A DNA stretch of 64,000 nt from a virus. Taxonomy: Duplodnaviria > Caudoviricetes. The translations under genes were made by a program, and so were the position numbers. The notes beneath the pieces were generated by a model. It saw only the letters and a program-made list of their open reading frames with translations, was not told the DNA's origin and did no database searches. Where the stretch lies: the IMG/VR virus record IMGVR_UViG_3300028410_000746; one strand, given 5' to 3'. This document shows, in pieces, positions 25,478 to 35,631 of the stretch. Every line of letters starts with the position of its first letter. Positions within the stretch are counted from its first letter, which is position 1.

Positions 25478-28400
25478 TTAGGGCGTTCGGATCTCGCCTC
25501 GGAGCCCCAGGAAGTCTGCGAGCAGTCGGACCGCCTCCGTCTCGACACCCCACCCCACGTCCTCCGAGACGAGCACCTCGCCGTCCCAGCTCTCCAGTCT
25601 CAGGGTCTGGTTGGCGATCTCTCGGGTGGCACAGAAGTCCCGGATCTGTCGGAAGACCATGACCGAGTGCATCGAACCTCGCTCGTCCAGGGGGGCCAGC
25701 GGATTGCCGTGGAGTCGGTACGTCAAGATGGGACCCCCAAGGTACTTGCTCGTCTTGTTCTGGTAGCTCATGTATGCGTCTCCAAAGTCGCAGATGTCGT
25801 CCTTAACGAGGACCTCGGCGCCCGTCTCCTCATCTACCGCGAGGAGACCCCTCGGCAGGACCTCCTCTCCTTGCTCGTTGATATACCACATCCCCGGCTC
25901 GAACTCGATGTGGCGCCAGAGGGACTCGGGCACCGGCTCCGGCGCGCGTACGGACGGGTTGTAGGGGTGGAACTCGGACCAGTTATAGCACACGTCAAAA
26001 GTCGGCCCAAGCTCAATATCACAGCGCAAGGGCACCGGCCACTTGAGCGCTCGCCCGAGGTCGGTCATCTTCTCGACGATCACCGGCACCAGCTCGTCGA
26101 GCTTGTCCTTGCGCATCTCGAAGACAAGCTCATCGTGAATGCAGATCATGAGGCGGCAGTCGTCGAGCTTGTCGTTCGCTTTGAGCCAGTCAAAGATCCT
26201 CCACATGCCGTACTTGGTCAGGTCTCCCGTCGCGCTGCCCTGGATGATGCCGTTGACCGCGTTACGCTGCGCCTTGGCCGAGATCCAGGAGTCGTGGTTG
26301 TCAATGTCTGGCAGGCGGATGCGACGCCCGACCGCCGTTTTGACTTGCTTGTTTTGTGCGCACTCCTTGTGAATGTCGCTGATCCAGGCTCGCAACTTCG
26401 GGAGCCCACTGAGCATCTTCTCCTTGATCTCTGCGCCTTCATCACGGGACACGCCCGTCGCGCGCGCCACCGCTGACCCGCCGCCTCCGTAGAGGACCGA
26501 GAAGTTGGCGCCCTTGGAGTTCTGGCGGTACTTCTTGAAGTCAGGCTTGCGCAGGACCTCATCCCCATACACGATCTGGGTCGTGAGCGTGTGCAGGTCA
26601 CCGATCTTGTCGCTGCCGCACTTGGGACACAGCGCCGGGGGAGTCCCCACCGGCGTGCTGTAGCGCTCATCGTTGAACTCGTGCTTACACGTCGAGCAGC
26701 GGAAGAACTCGTTGATCCAACGCGGCTCCCCGGACAGGTTCGCCGCGAGACGAAGCTCGACGCCGCTCTGGTCGATTGCGACGATCACAAACCCAGGGCG
26801 CGCCTTGATGGCGGGACGCACTGAGGAGTCCAGGCTCAACATCTTCGTGTTCGGCTTGGCGATGCCCTCCTCGTTCACGAAGGGCTCATCCTCGTACGTA
26901 CAGGACTCCTGGAAGGGGCAACCCTCACACGACTTGGCGACGCATCGCTCTTCGTTCTTGTACGTATCGAGCACGAAGTGGTTGTCGTAGACGCGCGCCA
27001 GGAAGTCCACCCCTCGGAGCTTGTCAAAGCTCTCGTACCAGACGGCATCCGGATTGCCCGGCCCCTTGGGGCGAGAGATGATGAGCTTGGATGCGAACTT
27101 GCCCCGGTTGTAGCACGCAGGCGCCGACTGCACGTTGATCCCCGAGTACCCGTGATCCCACTTGCCCTTGGACGCGGCGAAACGTCCCGTATCCACTCGG
27201 TGCGGGTTGAAGGAGAAGTGGGTGGATTCATCCTGGAGAACGTGCGACGGGTTGCGCGGCAGCGCGTCATTGCGGTAGCCGTCCGTGTTGGTCTGGAGCG
27301 GCCCAAGGTAGGTCGAGTCAACCTTCTGGAGACCGCGATAGGTCCGAATGAGCTTCAAGAAGGGGAAGGTGTCTCCGACCTTCTCGCACAAGGCCTCGAT
27401 CACATCGTCTGAGGTTTTTACCTGACCGGACTTCTCCGTCCGAACCAGTTCGGCCTTGATGAGCCCCTTGCCGTGGAGGTAGTCCATACCCGCTCCCAGC
27501 GTGGCGGGCTTGCTCACGTCGTTCACCGTCATGGGGAACCCAAAGCCGGAGAACCCCTGGGCGATCTGCTCGCACACCTCCTGAGTGTACTCCTGCACCT
27601 CGTAACGCACTCGGGAGAGGTAGTCCAGATCAATGTGAGGCCGGTTACGTTCCATCCACCGCGTCGCCGCGACGTTACCCCTCTCCAGACTGTAGACCCC
27701 CTTCTGCTCGGCGCGCACGCTCGGAGGCGACCCCTTCTCACAAGGCTCCAGGTCCACGACTCGGAGCTGTTTGGCCCCCTTTACGACCTTGCCGTGCTCA
27801 TCTCGGGGATACTCCAGCCGAGGCACCGCGTAGTGGGTATCAAACAGCACGTAGAGCTTGTAGGTGCAGATGGCGTCCGCGCCCGCGTACCACAGCGTAG
27901 CCATGTCAGACGGGTCCAGCGTGGAGAAGTTGTAGTCCTTCAGGCTCTCGTCGAACAGCTCCGGCAGCTCGATCATCTCCAGGCCGAGGTGGCGGGAGGA
28001 CAGACTCTTGAGGCCATGTCGCTTGCTGGACGAGTCGTGGAGGTAGCTCAGGATCAACGTGTCCTCGAAATCCTCGATGCCTCCCACCTCGTAACCGGCG
28101 CCTTCGAGGATCTCATGGTCAAAGAGCGTGTTGTGGAAGATGCACACGCAGACGTCGAGCAGGCGTTGGATGTGTGGGAAGACGACATCGGGCTCCAGGT
28201 TGTGCGACGCTCCTCCCTGGCGATGCCGCACAGGCACGTACACACCTTCGTGGCCATCGTAGCTCATGCAATACCCGACGATCTGGTCGACCGTCTCTCC
28301 GGAGGGCCTCCGGCGCGTATCGAGGCCCGTCGTCTCAATGTCCAACGCACACAGCTTCGAGGCGCACGCCCGGTCCACGTAGGCCTTGAGGGCTTCCTCC

Positions 28401-28504
28401 GTGTCGAGCAGCGTGAACTCGTGATCGTGCATCCACTCCTTGGGCTTGACCTCGACGACTTCGCGTAGCCCGAAGAACTCGTCCAGGCCCATCTGATCAC
28501 TCAT
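25478..28504 (-). CDS. polA: Family A DNA polymerase with 3'-5' exonuclease domain
   Basis: ExoI LDIETTGLD, ExoII FHNTLFD, ExoIII YAGADA; motif A IDQSGVELR, motif B RQNSKGANFSVLYG, motif C IHDELV. Confidence 0.95.
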   Translation of the reverse strand: MSDQMGLDEFFGLREVVEVKPKEWMHDHEFTLLDTEEALKAYVDRACASKLCALDIETTGLDTRRRPSGETVDQIVGYCMSYDGHEGVYVPVRHRQGGASHNLEPDVVFPHIQRLLDVCVCIFHNTLFDHEILEGAGYEVGGIEDFEDTLILSYLHDSSSKRHGLKSLSSRHLGLEMIELPELFDESLKDYNFSTLDPSDMATLWYAGADAICTYKLYVLFDTHYAVPRLEYPRDEHGKVVKGAKQLRVVDLEPCEKGSPPSVRAEQKGVYSLERGNVAATRWMERNRPHIDLDYLSRVRYEVQEYTQEVCEQIAQGFSGFGFPMTVNDVSKPATLGAGMDYLHGKGLIKAELVRTEKSGQVKTSDDVIEALCEKVGDTFPFLKLIRTYRGLQKVDSTYLGPLQTNTDGYRNDALPRNPSHVLQDESTHFSFNPHRVDTGRFAASKGKWDHGYSGINVQSAPACYNRGKFASKLIISRPKGPGNPDAVWYESFDKLRGVDFLARVYDNHFVLDTYKNEERCVAKSCEGCPFQESCTYEDEPFVNEEGIAKPNTKMLSLDSSVRPAIKARPGFVIVAIDQSGVELRLAANLSGEPRWINEFFRCSTCKHEFNDERYSTPVGTPPALCPKCGSDKIGDLHTLTTQIVYGDEVLRKPDFKKYRQNSKGANFSVLYGGGGSAVARATGVSRDEGAEIKEKMLSGLPKLRAWISDIHKECAQNKQVKTAVGRRIRLPDIDNHDSWISAKAQRNAVNGIIQGSATGDLTKYGMWRIFDWLKANDKLDDCRLMICIHDELVFEMRKDKLDELVPVIVEKMTDLGRALKWPVPLRCDIELGPTFDVCYNWSEFHPYNPSVRAPEPVPESLWRHIEFEPGMWYINEQGEEVLPRGLLAVDEETGAEVLVKDDICDFGDAYMSYQNKTSKYLGGPILTYRLHGNPLAPLDERGSMHSVMVFRQIRDFCATREIANQTLRLESWDGEVLVSEDVGWGVETEAVRLLADFLGLRGEIRTP

Positions 28505-28522
28505 CGCATCTCTCCTTCGTAT

Positions 28523-28990
28523 TTACGTAAGCCAGCGGAACACCCAGATGTCTGAGCGCCACAGCTCCACGATTCGGTTCAAACATACCAACGCATCCTG
28601 AGCGCATTCGACCCCCACGTCGTAGCACGGAGGCTGATTCTTATGGTCCGCCACGCACTTGCGCGAGTCCCACGTTGGACACGTCGCGCGGTGTTGGCAG
28701 GGGTGGTACGCCTTGGGCAGTCGTCTCAAGCAGTTCTGAGGCGCAAGGGCTCCCGCGTCAATCAGGGGCCGCGCGTAGTTCTGTCTCAAGCTGAGGTAGT
28801 CATGATGCCCCAGTTCCGGAATCAGGTCTACCATCTCTTCCAGGCCTCCGGGATCTTTCGCGCTCCGAGCCTCAAGCTCCAGGCGCAACGGCTCCCACTC
28901 AGGCTCCCACGTCCCGTCTTCCATCGTCTGAATGCCGTAGACCTTGATGGAGCCCCATCCCGGATGCGCGGCGGTAAATTGTGTCGGCAT
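28523..28990 (-). CDS. Cys-rich hypothetical protein
   Basis: 155-aa ORF in the replication operon. Confidence 0.7.
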   Translation of the reverse strand: MPTQFTAAHPGWGSIKVYGIQTMEDGTWEPEWEPLRLELEARSAKDPGGLEEMVDLIPELGHHDYLSLRQNYARPLIDAGALAPQNCLRRLPKAYHPCQHRATCPTWDSRKCVADHKNQPPCYDVGVECAQDALVCLNRIVELWRSDIWVFRWLT

Positions 28991-28999
28991 GTCGAGGTC

Positions 29000-29662
29000 C
29001 TACAGGTTGCGCACGACTTCCCAGACGCGCCCTACGAGCATCTTGGCCTTGTCGGGCGGGAGGGTGTCATGTTCAAGCGCGAAACGCGCCGTGTCGAGGG
29101 CATAGTACAGACGATTTGCCCTCTCCATCCCCACAGCCTCGGGCCGGACCTTGACGATGCGCGTCAGAACGCTCTCTACGGTCTCCACAGCCGTCTCAAC
29201 CGACGCCTTGAGGTTGGACCCGCCCTGAAGCCCTTGAGCGCCTCCAGCGGCCTGTGAGCCCCCAAGGGTCGGTGCCTTCTCTCCCTTGGACGGATCAAAG
29301 GAGAAGTCGGCTCTTGGGATGTTCTTGATGTGGAAGGATCGCTCGATGTGTGAGAGCCCCTTTCCAAAAGAGAGGCCTTCTTTGTCCTGGACCCACCTCA
29401 CGCAGTCTCGGGACTTGTGGCAAGCGAAGCAATAGGTGCCCCCAGAGCCGTTGTCGTTGTCCGGATACATGCGCGCCGAGTAGGAGTTGTCCTGTCCGTC
29501 TCCGTGCAGCGGGCACGGGAACTGGAACTCCCGGTCCACCGCTCGAACGTCGATGCCGTAGTGCGCCAGGACGCTGGCCACGGTCAACTGCCGCTTGATG
29601 TTGTCCACCCGGAGTCGCATGTACTCCTTGATGGCCGGATCGACTTCTCGGTTGATGGACAC
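29000..29662 (-). CDS. Primase-type CHC2 zinc-finger protein lacking a TOPRIM domain
   Basis: CPLHGD...YCFAC...D.V.WVQDKEGLSF; no catalytic primase domain in the ORF. Confidence 0.85.
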   Translation of the reverse strand: MSINREVDPAIKEYMRLRVDNIKRQLTVASVLAHYGIDVRAVDREFQFPCPLHGDGQDNSYSARMYPDNDNGSGGTYCFACHKSRDCVRWVQDKEGLSFGKGLSHIERSFHIKNIPRADFSFDPSKGEKAPTLGGSQAAGGAQGLQGGSNLKASVETAVETVESVLTRIVKVRPEAVGMERANRLYYALDTARFALEHDTLPPDKAKMLVGRVWEVVRNL

Positions 29663-29665
29663 CTA

Positions 29666-32608
29666 TCACGCCTCCTCAGACTCGTCGGAAGCGTCCGGCA
29701 CGTCTTCGAGGCTCATGCGAGACGGCCTGGACGTACGGGCGTGGGTGCGACGCTCGGCCTGCGCCTCTTCTCGCTCGCGTTGAGTGGTCTCCACGCGCGC
29801 CGTATCAGCGGCCATGATGTTCTCGATCTCATCGTCGGTGGCCGCGTTGAGCAAGGACGCGTGGTTGCCAAAGTCAACCTCGTTGGCCATGTACCGCGTG
29901 TCCCAGTCAATCAGCGCCGTGAACGGCAGGAAGTGAGGGTTGTCTCGATTCTTCAGACAGCCAAACTTCGTACGCCCGCGCGCGCGCAGCTCCGCGTTGA
30001 GGTAGGTCGTCGTGATCACGTCCGAGGACCTCTCCGCCTCGTTTGCGTCGGCCAGCGCCTGCGTGCGGTACACGCCATCGCTCTTGTCTGCGTCGAGCTT
30101 ACCCTGGCGGTTGATCTGGAGCAGCCCCAGGACGCCCACGCGCTCTCCCTGGTTGAACGTCAGGGCCAGCCTCTTGGCATCCCTCAGGATGGAGTTGAGG
30201 TCGGTGTAGTAGTTGCCCGAGAACTCGGCCGGCTTCAGGAGCGCGAAGTGGTCGATCACGCACATGTGAATGGGCGTCTGTGCGTGTCGCATCTCCATGG
30301 CCTGCTTGAGCTTGGGGATCGTCATGTCCTCGTCCGGGGAGTGCACGTAGACTGACCCGTAGCTGTGGCCCCGGTTCGCTTCGATGTCGTCGATGATGTG
30401 GTCGTAGAATGCGATCTGCTCCGCCGTGATCGGATTGCCCGCCTCGTCCTCGCCATCACGGATCACCCGGTACGTGAGCTTGGGCCACCCCTGACCCTGA
30501 AACTTCGGGTGGTTGGAGTGCATCACGTACATGATGCGCTGGAGGTGCTCGACCGACATCTCCATTGACAGGTAATAGACGTTGTACTGGAGGAGGAAGG
30601 CGGCGCGGTAAATCCAGTTGAGCGCGAACGACGTGTTGTGGGTGATGATGTCGTTGACCACGAAGCTGTGGTGCTCGGGCACGCTCAGATCATAGGTCAT
30701 TTCCACGCCCTTGGGGGTGATGGACTCGATCTGCTCCCAGGCTACCTCACCCCCCAGATGGCGCTCCAACTCCGGCTTGAGTGTCGTAAATAACGCCAAG
30801 GAATCCGCAGTCAAGCCCGCCCTTTTGCGTGCCTGACCGACATAACGCCAGGAACCTGTATCAGTGGCGACTCTATGGTTGTCTTCCAACCCCGCAAGTA
30901 GCTCACTGGGGAACACCCGGTCATCCCCACAAGGCAAACGATTCGCCAGTACCTCGAAACGCTCACGCTTCCCCGGCACGACCACCTGAGCACAGAACTG
31001 CTGCTTACCCGGCCGGGTAATCACTCGCACGGTGTAGAAAAGGTACGGCTCGTCTTTATAGGTAGTCGCAACAGGGCGCACCGTAGACGGAATGCCCAGA
31101 CGCAACAGCAAACCCTGGACTCCCACGGCCAACTTCCGGCTCACCGATGTGTAAGTGATGTCGTTGCGACGGCTATCGGAGGTTCGGTCAGGGCGTTCAT
31201 GATCACCGGTGTGGCAGGACCCGTCAGTAGCCCAGAGAGCGCCCAACAGGAGCGCAATCTGCGTATCGGGGAGACCAAACAGTTCCCCAGGGATGAACTT
31301 TTCATGTGAGCCTACCTGCCACAACCCAAGAGACCGCAAACGCGCCGCAAGAGGCGACACCATCTCCGAATTCCCGAGCCCCAAGCTCCGGCTCACTCGC
31401 AGGAATGGCGCCCGGTCCGAGGTCTCCTCCCGACACCAATTGAGGGTCTCATAAGTGGCAGGACCCTCCTGGTAACCCAGCACCTCCAAACAAGCGATGA
31501 ACACGTCTTGCACTTCTGTACAGGTCGCAGTCAAGCCAAACGTTGACTTGCCCAGAGTCCCATCCCCCAGGAGCAAACCGATTGCCTGCACTTCCGCGTC
31601 GGAGAAGTCCGTGCGGGGCTGAGGCACTTTCATCACAGACGGTACACCTACCCAAGTACCTTCGGACAGCTCTCCAACTTCACGCCACGAGCCGCCACCC
31701 TCCGCAGTCCACAGAGGGTGATTTGCAGTAAGCGTAACGGTACGCCCCGAGGAGGTTCGCACCTCAAAAACCTCGCGCTCCCCATTCTCTACGAGATGCG
31801 AGGCCTGCGCCTGTACCAACAACGGCTCGGCGCCTTCGTGTTTGAGGGCCGTGACTACAGGGAGTGCGTTGTGGTTATAGAGGTCTCGCACGCTCTCCAG
31901 CTTTTTGGTGTCGTGGTTGAAGACTAACGTATCCCCTGCCATGCACTTCAGCTCTCCGGTTGAGGCGGCGTGGGTCCACATCTCACCCGGCTTGAGTCCT
32001 CGGCACACCACGTCAATGTCTTCGAGTCCACACAGACATCCCCAGGTCAGCTTCTCGGCTGCCAGGACTCGGTTCATCTCGTCTCGCGCGAAGTCCGTAT
32101 CCTCCACGATGTCGGCCTTCGTCCTGGAGCCCGAGCTGTGGCTCATGAGGCGGTCGGAATGCTTCATGAGGTAGAGCATCGCGTCCCGGTATCCCTTCAG
32201 GTGCAAGGTCTTGCGTCCCTCCTTCATTGACATCCCGTTGAAGAGGATGTCGTTGGCCGTCTTGAGGGCGATGTGGAGGTCCTGATCACGCTGCCCCTCC
32301 ACGACGTCATGGACAAGGGCCTCGAAGTCCGCGCCGGTGTACGTGGTAAAGGTGGCCTGGACCTCCTTGAGCCTCTCCGAGGTGACCGCCTCACCCTCAC
32401 GCTCGTAGTAGTCGTGCAGACTCTGGGGCTTTGGCAGCTCTCCAAACTGCGTGGCGAACCCCTGGATGAAGTCCCAGATGTCCTGGTCTTCTGCGTCTGG
32501 GAGGCGGAGGTCTGAACCTGAGAGGGCCGCGTAGTTACGCTTGAGGTCGTCCTGTGGGATCTTACCATCCACGTCGAGGACACTGCGAAGGATCTTGGTG
32601 AGGCTCAT
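29666..32608 (-). CDS. dnaB: DnaB-like replicative helicase interrupted by an intein
   Basis: Spliced P-loop ASTGELK/T; YLSMEM, VIDHF, LLQINR and AERSSDVI motifs. Confidence 0.9.
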   Translation of the reverse strand: MSLTKILRSVLDVDGKIPQDDLKRNYAALSGSDLRLPDAEDQDIWDFIQGFATQFGELPKPQSLHDYYEREGEAVTSERLKEVQATFTTYTGADFEALVHDVVEGQRDQDLHIALKTANDILFNGMSMKEGRKTLHLKGYRDAMLYLMKHSDRLMSHSSGSRTKADIVEDTDFARDEMNRVLAAEKLTWGCLCGLEDIDVVCRGLKPGEMWTHAASTGELKCMAGDTLVFNHDTKKLESVRDLYNHNALPVVTALKHEGAEPLLVQAQASHLVENGEREVFEVRTSSGRTVTLTANHPLWTAEGGGSWREVGELSEGTWVGVPSVMKVPQPRTDFSDAEVQAIGLLLGDGTLGKSTFGLTATCTEVQDVFIACLEVLGYQEGPATYETLNWCREETSDRAPFLRVSRSLGLGNSEMVSPLAARLRSLGLWQVGSHEKFIPGELFGLPDTQIALLLGALWATDGSCHTGDHERPDRTSDSRRNDITYTSVSRKLAVGVQGLLLRLGIPSTVRPVATTYKDEPYLFYTVRVITRPGKQQFCAQVVVPGKRERFEVLANRLPCGDDRVFPSELLAGLEDNHRVATDTGSWRYVGQARKRAGLTADSLALFTTLKPELERHLGGEVAWEQIESITPKGVEMTYDLSVPEHHSFVVNDIITHNTSFALNWIYRAAFLLQYNVYYLSMEMSVEHLQRIMYVMHSNHPKFQGQGWPKLTYRVIRDGEDEAGNPITAEQIAFYDHIIDDIEANRGHSYGSVYVHSPDEDMTIPKLKQAMEMRHAQTPIHMCVIDHFALLKPAEFSGNYYTDLNSILRDAKRLALTFNQGERVGVLGLLQINRQGKLDADKSDGVYRTQALADANEAERSSDVITTTYLNAELRARGRTKFGCLKNRDNPHFLPFTALIDWDTRYMANEVDFGNHASLLNAATDDEIENIMAADTARVETTQREREEAQAERRTHARTSRPSRMSLEDVPDASDESEEA
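30635..31945 (-). mobile_element. Class 1 intein (437 aa) with LAGLIDADG homing endonuclease, in the DnaB P-loop
   Basis: Starts CMAGDTLV, ends VVNDIITHN followed by Thr; LAGLIDADG blocks IGLLLGDG and LGALWATDGS; codon usage visibly AT-richer than the flanks. Confidence 0.93.
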
Positions 32609-32648
32609 ACTTGACTCGTATTTAACGTATCGTCGGGAAGGAAAGCGT

Positions 32649-33455
32649 TCAAAGGATGTTCATCGAGAGCTTCTTGCGGCGCGCCTTGGCCGCTGCTCGG
32701 GCTTCCTTTGGCGTCTTGGGCTCGTCACTGGTGCCCTTGACGATCGGCGCCACGCCCTTGTAGAGCGAGCGCGCGGGCTGAGTCGCCTCAATGCTCAAGG
32801 TCTCGAAATTCTCCGTGAGGTAGTCCGAGGCCTCCGGGCTCCACGCGAAGTGCCCCTCCACGTAGGGCTTGTTGTGTGCCGTCACCACCCAGGTGGGAGC
32901 CCCCGCGAACCGGCGAATGCGCAGCGACTCCAGGAGCACCCCCGGCAACGCACGGTTGGAGTAGCTCGTCACTCCCAGGAAGACCACAACCAGCGAGGGG
33001 TCCTCTACCAAGTCCCTCAGGCTTGTGAAGGTCACCTGCGTCGACCCGCTGTCCTTGGAGGTCTCCTTGTCCTTGGAGAGCCACGCGTCGAGCATCTGGG
33101 AGTCGTTGGTCACGCGGTGGAAGAAGTTTGTCCCCTGGCAGATCAACGCGTGTCGCAGATGCGGCAGGAAGTCCCTGCGGTTGGCCTTGATGAAGAGCGA
33201 TTGATCCGTTCGGTCCTCAAAGGGCGAGCTTTTGAGAGGCTTCGCGTTGTAGATCTCATCTCCCAGGGAGTGCCTGTAGAGGTAGCGCAGCGTACACACG
33301 CACGGACGCTTGAAGTCCTTGGTGGTCCCCATTGAGATGTAGCCCGTCCCCGAGCAGACCTTGCAGTCATTCTCAGAGGCCGTCGGCGTCGCGAAATCCT
33401 GAACGCTCTTGCGCTCTTTGCTTGGCTTGTCGCCCTTGGTCGTCTTCGTCGTCAT
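32649..33455 (-). CDS. DnaC/DnaI-like helicase-loader homologue with degenerate ATPase site
   Basis: N-terminal CKVCSGTG...CVC Zn motif; DPSLVVVFLG...LLESLRIRRFAGAPTWVV resembles the IstB/DnaC core; no Walker A; directly upstream of dnaB. Confidence 0.6.
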   Translation of the reverse strand: MTTKTTKGDKPSKERKSVQDFATPTASENDCKVCSGTGYISMGTTKDFKRPCVCTLRYLYRHSLGDEIYNAKPLKSSPFEDRTDQSLFIKANRRDFLPHLRHALICQGTNFFHRVTNDSQMLDAWLSKDKETSKDSGSTQVTFTSLRDLVEDPSLVVVFLGVTSYSNRALPGVLLESLRIRRFAGAPTWVVTAHNKPYVEGHFAWSPEASDYLTENFETLSIEATQPARSLYKGVAPIVKGTSDEPKTPKEARAAAKARRKKLSMNIL

Positions 33456-33486
33456 AGGTTGGGCTCGTTCGTGTCGTATGCGGTGA

Positions 33487-35202
33487 TCAGGTGTCGTCGA
33501 GTGAGGAGACCATGGCGTCATAGAGCGCCTTGGTCTCCGAGGGGCCAAACACGAAGTCGTCTTCAGCCTCCTCATCGTTGCCAAGGAGGCGCGCCCCCAG
33601 CGCTCCCTCGATGTAACCCATCTTCTTGCTCAAGGTGTCGGATACGTGCTTGTCGATCGTCGCTTCGCCAAAGGGGCCCTCCGCGATAAGGTTCACAGCG
33701 TACACGGATTGATGAGGGGAGCCAATCCGAATCATCCGACCCACGAGCTGGAGAAGGTCCCCCGCGCTCCAGGGCAGATCAAAGAACACCATGACCCGTG
33801 CCTGCTGTAGGTTTATACCCTCAGCCCCGGCCATCGTCAAGAAGATAACCCTGGTGTCGTCAGTCTCCGTAAAGGCGCGTCGGGCTGCGTCGCGCTGGTA
33901 GGTGTTCTCTGAGCCGGTGACCCGAACCATCCCTTTCCCATCTTTGCACGCGCGAGGCTCCCAGGCGCGACCCTCCCCAGGCTCAATGCCCAGCTCGTAA
34001 TCACGCGCCACGAGGAGGTCCTGTAGACGGTCCACCATCTTGCGGAAGCGAGTGAAGACGATCACCTTCTCCTCCGCCAGCTCACCGTCGAGAAGCTCCA
34101 ACAGGAGGTCCACCTTCGGGCTCGCCCCTTCGTTGCCGATCAAGTAGAGGTCGTCCACGATCTCCTGACAGTAGATCAGCTTGGTGAGGTGGCTGGTCTC
34201 CACGGCTGCGTCGTCGGCGTCTGGATCGAACAGGCTCGCCTCGGCCACCATCTCGTGACTCTCGTTGACTGCCAGGAGACCCGCCACTGCGTCCTGGTAG
34301 TGTCGCCATTGATCACGACTCATCGAGACCTTGATCTCCTTGGTCGTCAAGACCGGCAGCTCCTTGGCGACCGTGTGCTTGGCTCGGCCAAGGTAGAAGG
34401 GGTCGATGCGCCCGCGAAACAGCTTGATGTGATCTCGCGTGTGTCCCACGATCATGGGCACCTTGCGTCCGCCCCCGATAGGTTGCATGCGAGTCACGCA
34501 GTAATTGCGCATGAACCCCTTCTCGGAGCTGAAGGTACCGGGCCGAACGACCGAGTAGATGCCGAACCCCTCCATGAGGTTGTTCTTGATCAGCGTCGCC
34601 GTGGCTCCGTAGACCCTCCAGGCGTTGTCCGCCAGACGTTTGGTCATGACGTGGGTGTTCGACTTGGGCGACTTCACCGCCGCAACCTCATCGAGCCAAA
34701 GGACGTACTGGCGACCTCCCAGGTGTGCCTTGAGCTTTCGGTAGTCGATTCTCAGCCGGGGGTAGTTCGTGATCAGGACGCTTGGGTTGTCGGGGTCCCA
34801 CGTCGAGAAGAACTCTTCGTAGACCTTCTCTCGCTGCTTGGCCGTACCGTCTACCATGAAGCAGCGAATGCCCGTGGTGAACTTGTCGAACTCCCCAGCC
34901 CACTGTCGAATCGCGCTCGTCGTCGTCACGAAGATCGGCACGAGGTTCGGCTCGCGTCCCCACAGGAGACACTGAGCCGCGATGGTCATGAGGCTCTTGC
35001 CCAAGCCCGTATCATCCCCGACCACGAAGCGCTTGCGCATGAGCAGGTGGAGGACCATCTGCTTCTGGTAGTGGCGCAGCTCGAAGGGCACGACGCTCCC
35101 ATCCTTGAGCGTCAAGGTTTCTCTCAAGAACGGTGTGTGGGGTAGCGTGATCTGCTCACACTCGCGGACGCGCTGGAGCTTCTCATAGGTCGAATCTGCC
35201 AT
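33487..35202 (-). CDS. SNF2-family helicase/translocase
   Basis: GDDTGLGKS, LDEV, ATATLIKNNL, GAEGINLQQA and QLVGRMIRIG motifs. Confidence 0.92.
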   Translation of the reverse strand: MADSTYEKLQRVRECEQITLPHTPFLRETLTLKDGSVVPFELRHYQKQMVLHLLMRKRFVVGDDTGLGKSLMTIAAQCLLWGREPNLVPIFVTTTSAIRQWAGEFDKFTTGIRCFMVDGTAKQREKVYEEFFSTWDPDNPSVLITNYPRLRIDYRKLKAHLGGRQYVLWLDEVAAVKSPKSNTHVMTKRLADNAWRVYGATATLIKNNLMEGFGIYSVVRPGTFSSEKGFMRNYCVTRMQPIGGGRKVPMIVGHTRDHIKLFRGRIDPFYLGRAKHTVAKELPVLTTKEIKVSMSRDQWRHYQDAVAGLLAVNESHEMVAEASLFDPDADDAAVETSHLTKLIYCQEIVDDLYLIGNEGASPKVDLLLELLDGELAEEKVIVFTRFRKMVDRLQDLLVARDYELGIEPGEGRAWEPRACKDGKGMVRVTGSENTYQRDAARRAFTETDDTRVIFLTMAGAEGINLQQARVMVFFDLPWSAGDLLQLVGRMIRIGSPHQSVYAVNLIAEGPFGEATIDKHVSDTLSKKMGYIEGALGARLLGNDEEAEDDFVFGPSETKALYDAMVSSLDDT

Positions 35203-35231
35203 AACTTCAATCTCACGTATCGGAGGAGGCT

Positions 35232-35552
35232 TCAGCCCATTACCAGCTCATAGACGTAGTTCAAGAGCGCGCGGCGAGCCTCTCCTGCCGGGGGGTTCTG
35301 CATTGCATGCAAAATCTCCCCCTCGGTGACTCCGTGAGCCCGTGCCACGTCTCGCAGCTTCTTGTCGCACAGACGCGTGAACGCAGGCTCCATCTCTCGC
35401 GTCAACCACAGGCGGTAGGCCTCAAACGCTTCACGCTTGGGCCCCTCCTGATTCAAAGTACGCCGGCGCTTGATGGCTTCTATGGGACGCTGCTCCGCGC
35501 GCACCTTTCGTACGAGCTGGAGCATGTAGTCGTGATCGGGTGCAGTCGTCAT
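35232..35552 (-). CDS. Hypothetical protein
   Basis: 106-aa basic helical ORF. Confidence 0.65.
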   Translation of the reverse strand: MTTAPDHDYMLQLVRKVRAEQRPIEAIKRRRTLNQEGPKREAFEAYRLWLTREMEPAFTRLCDKKLRDVARAHGVTEGEILHAMQNPPAGEARRALLNYVYELVMG

Positions 35553-35631
35553 GGGGCCAGCTCACGTAGAGAGGGTGGCGGCCTTCGAGCTTGGAAGGCC
35601 GGGATGTGCATCTACAGGAGCCACAACGAGA

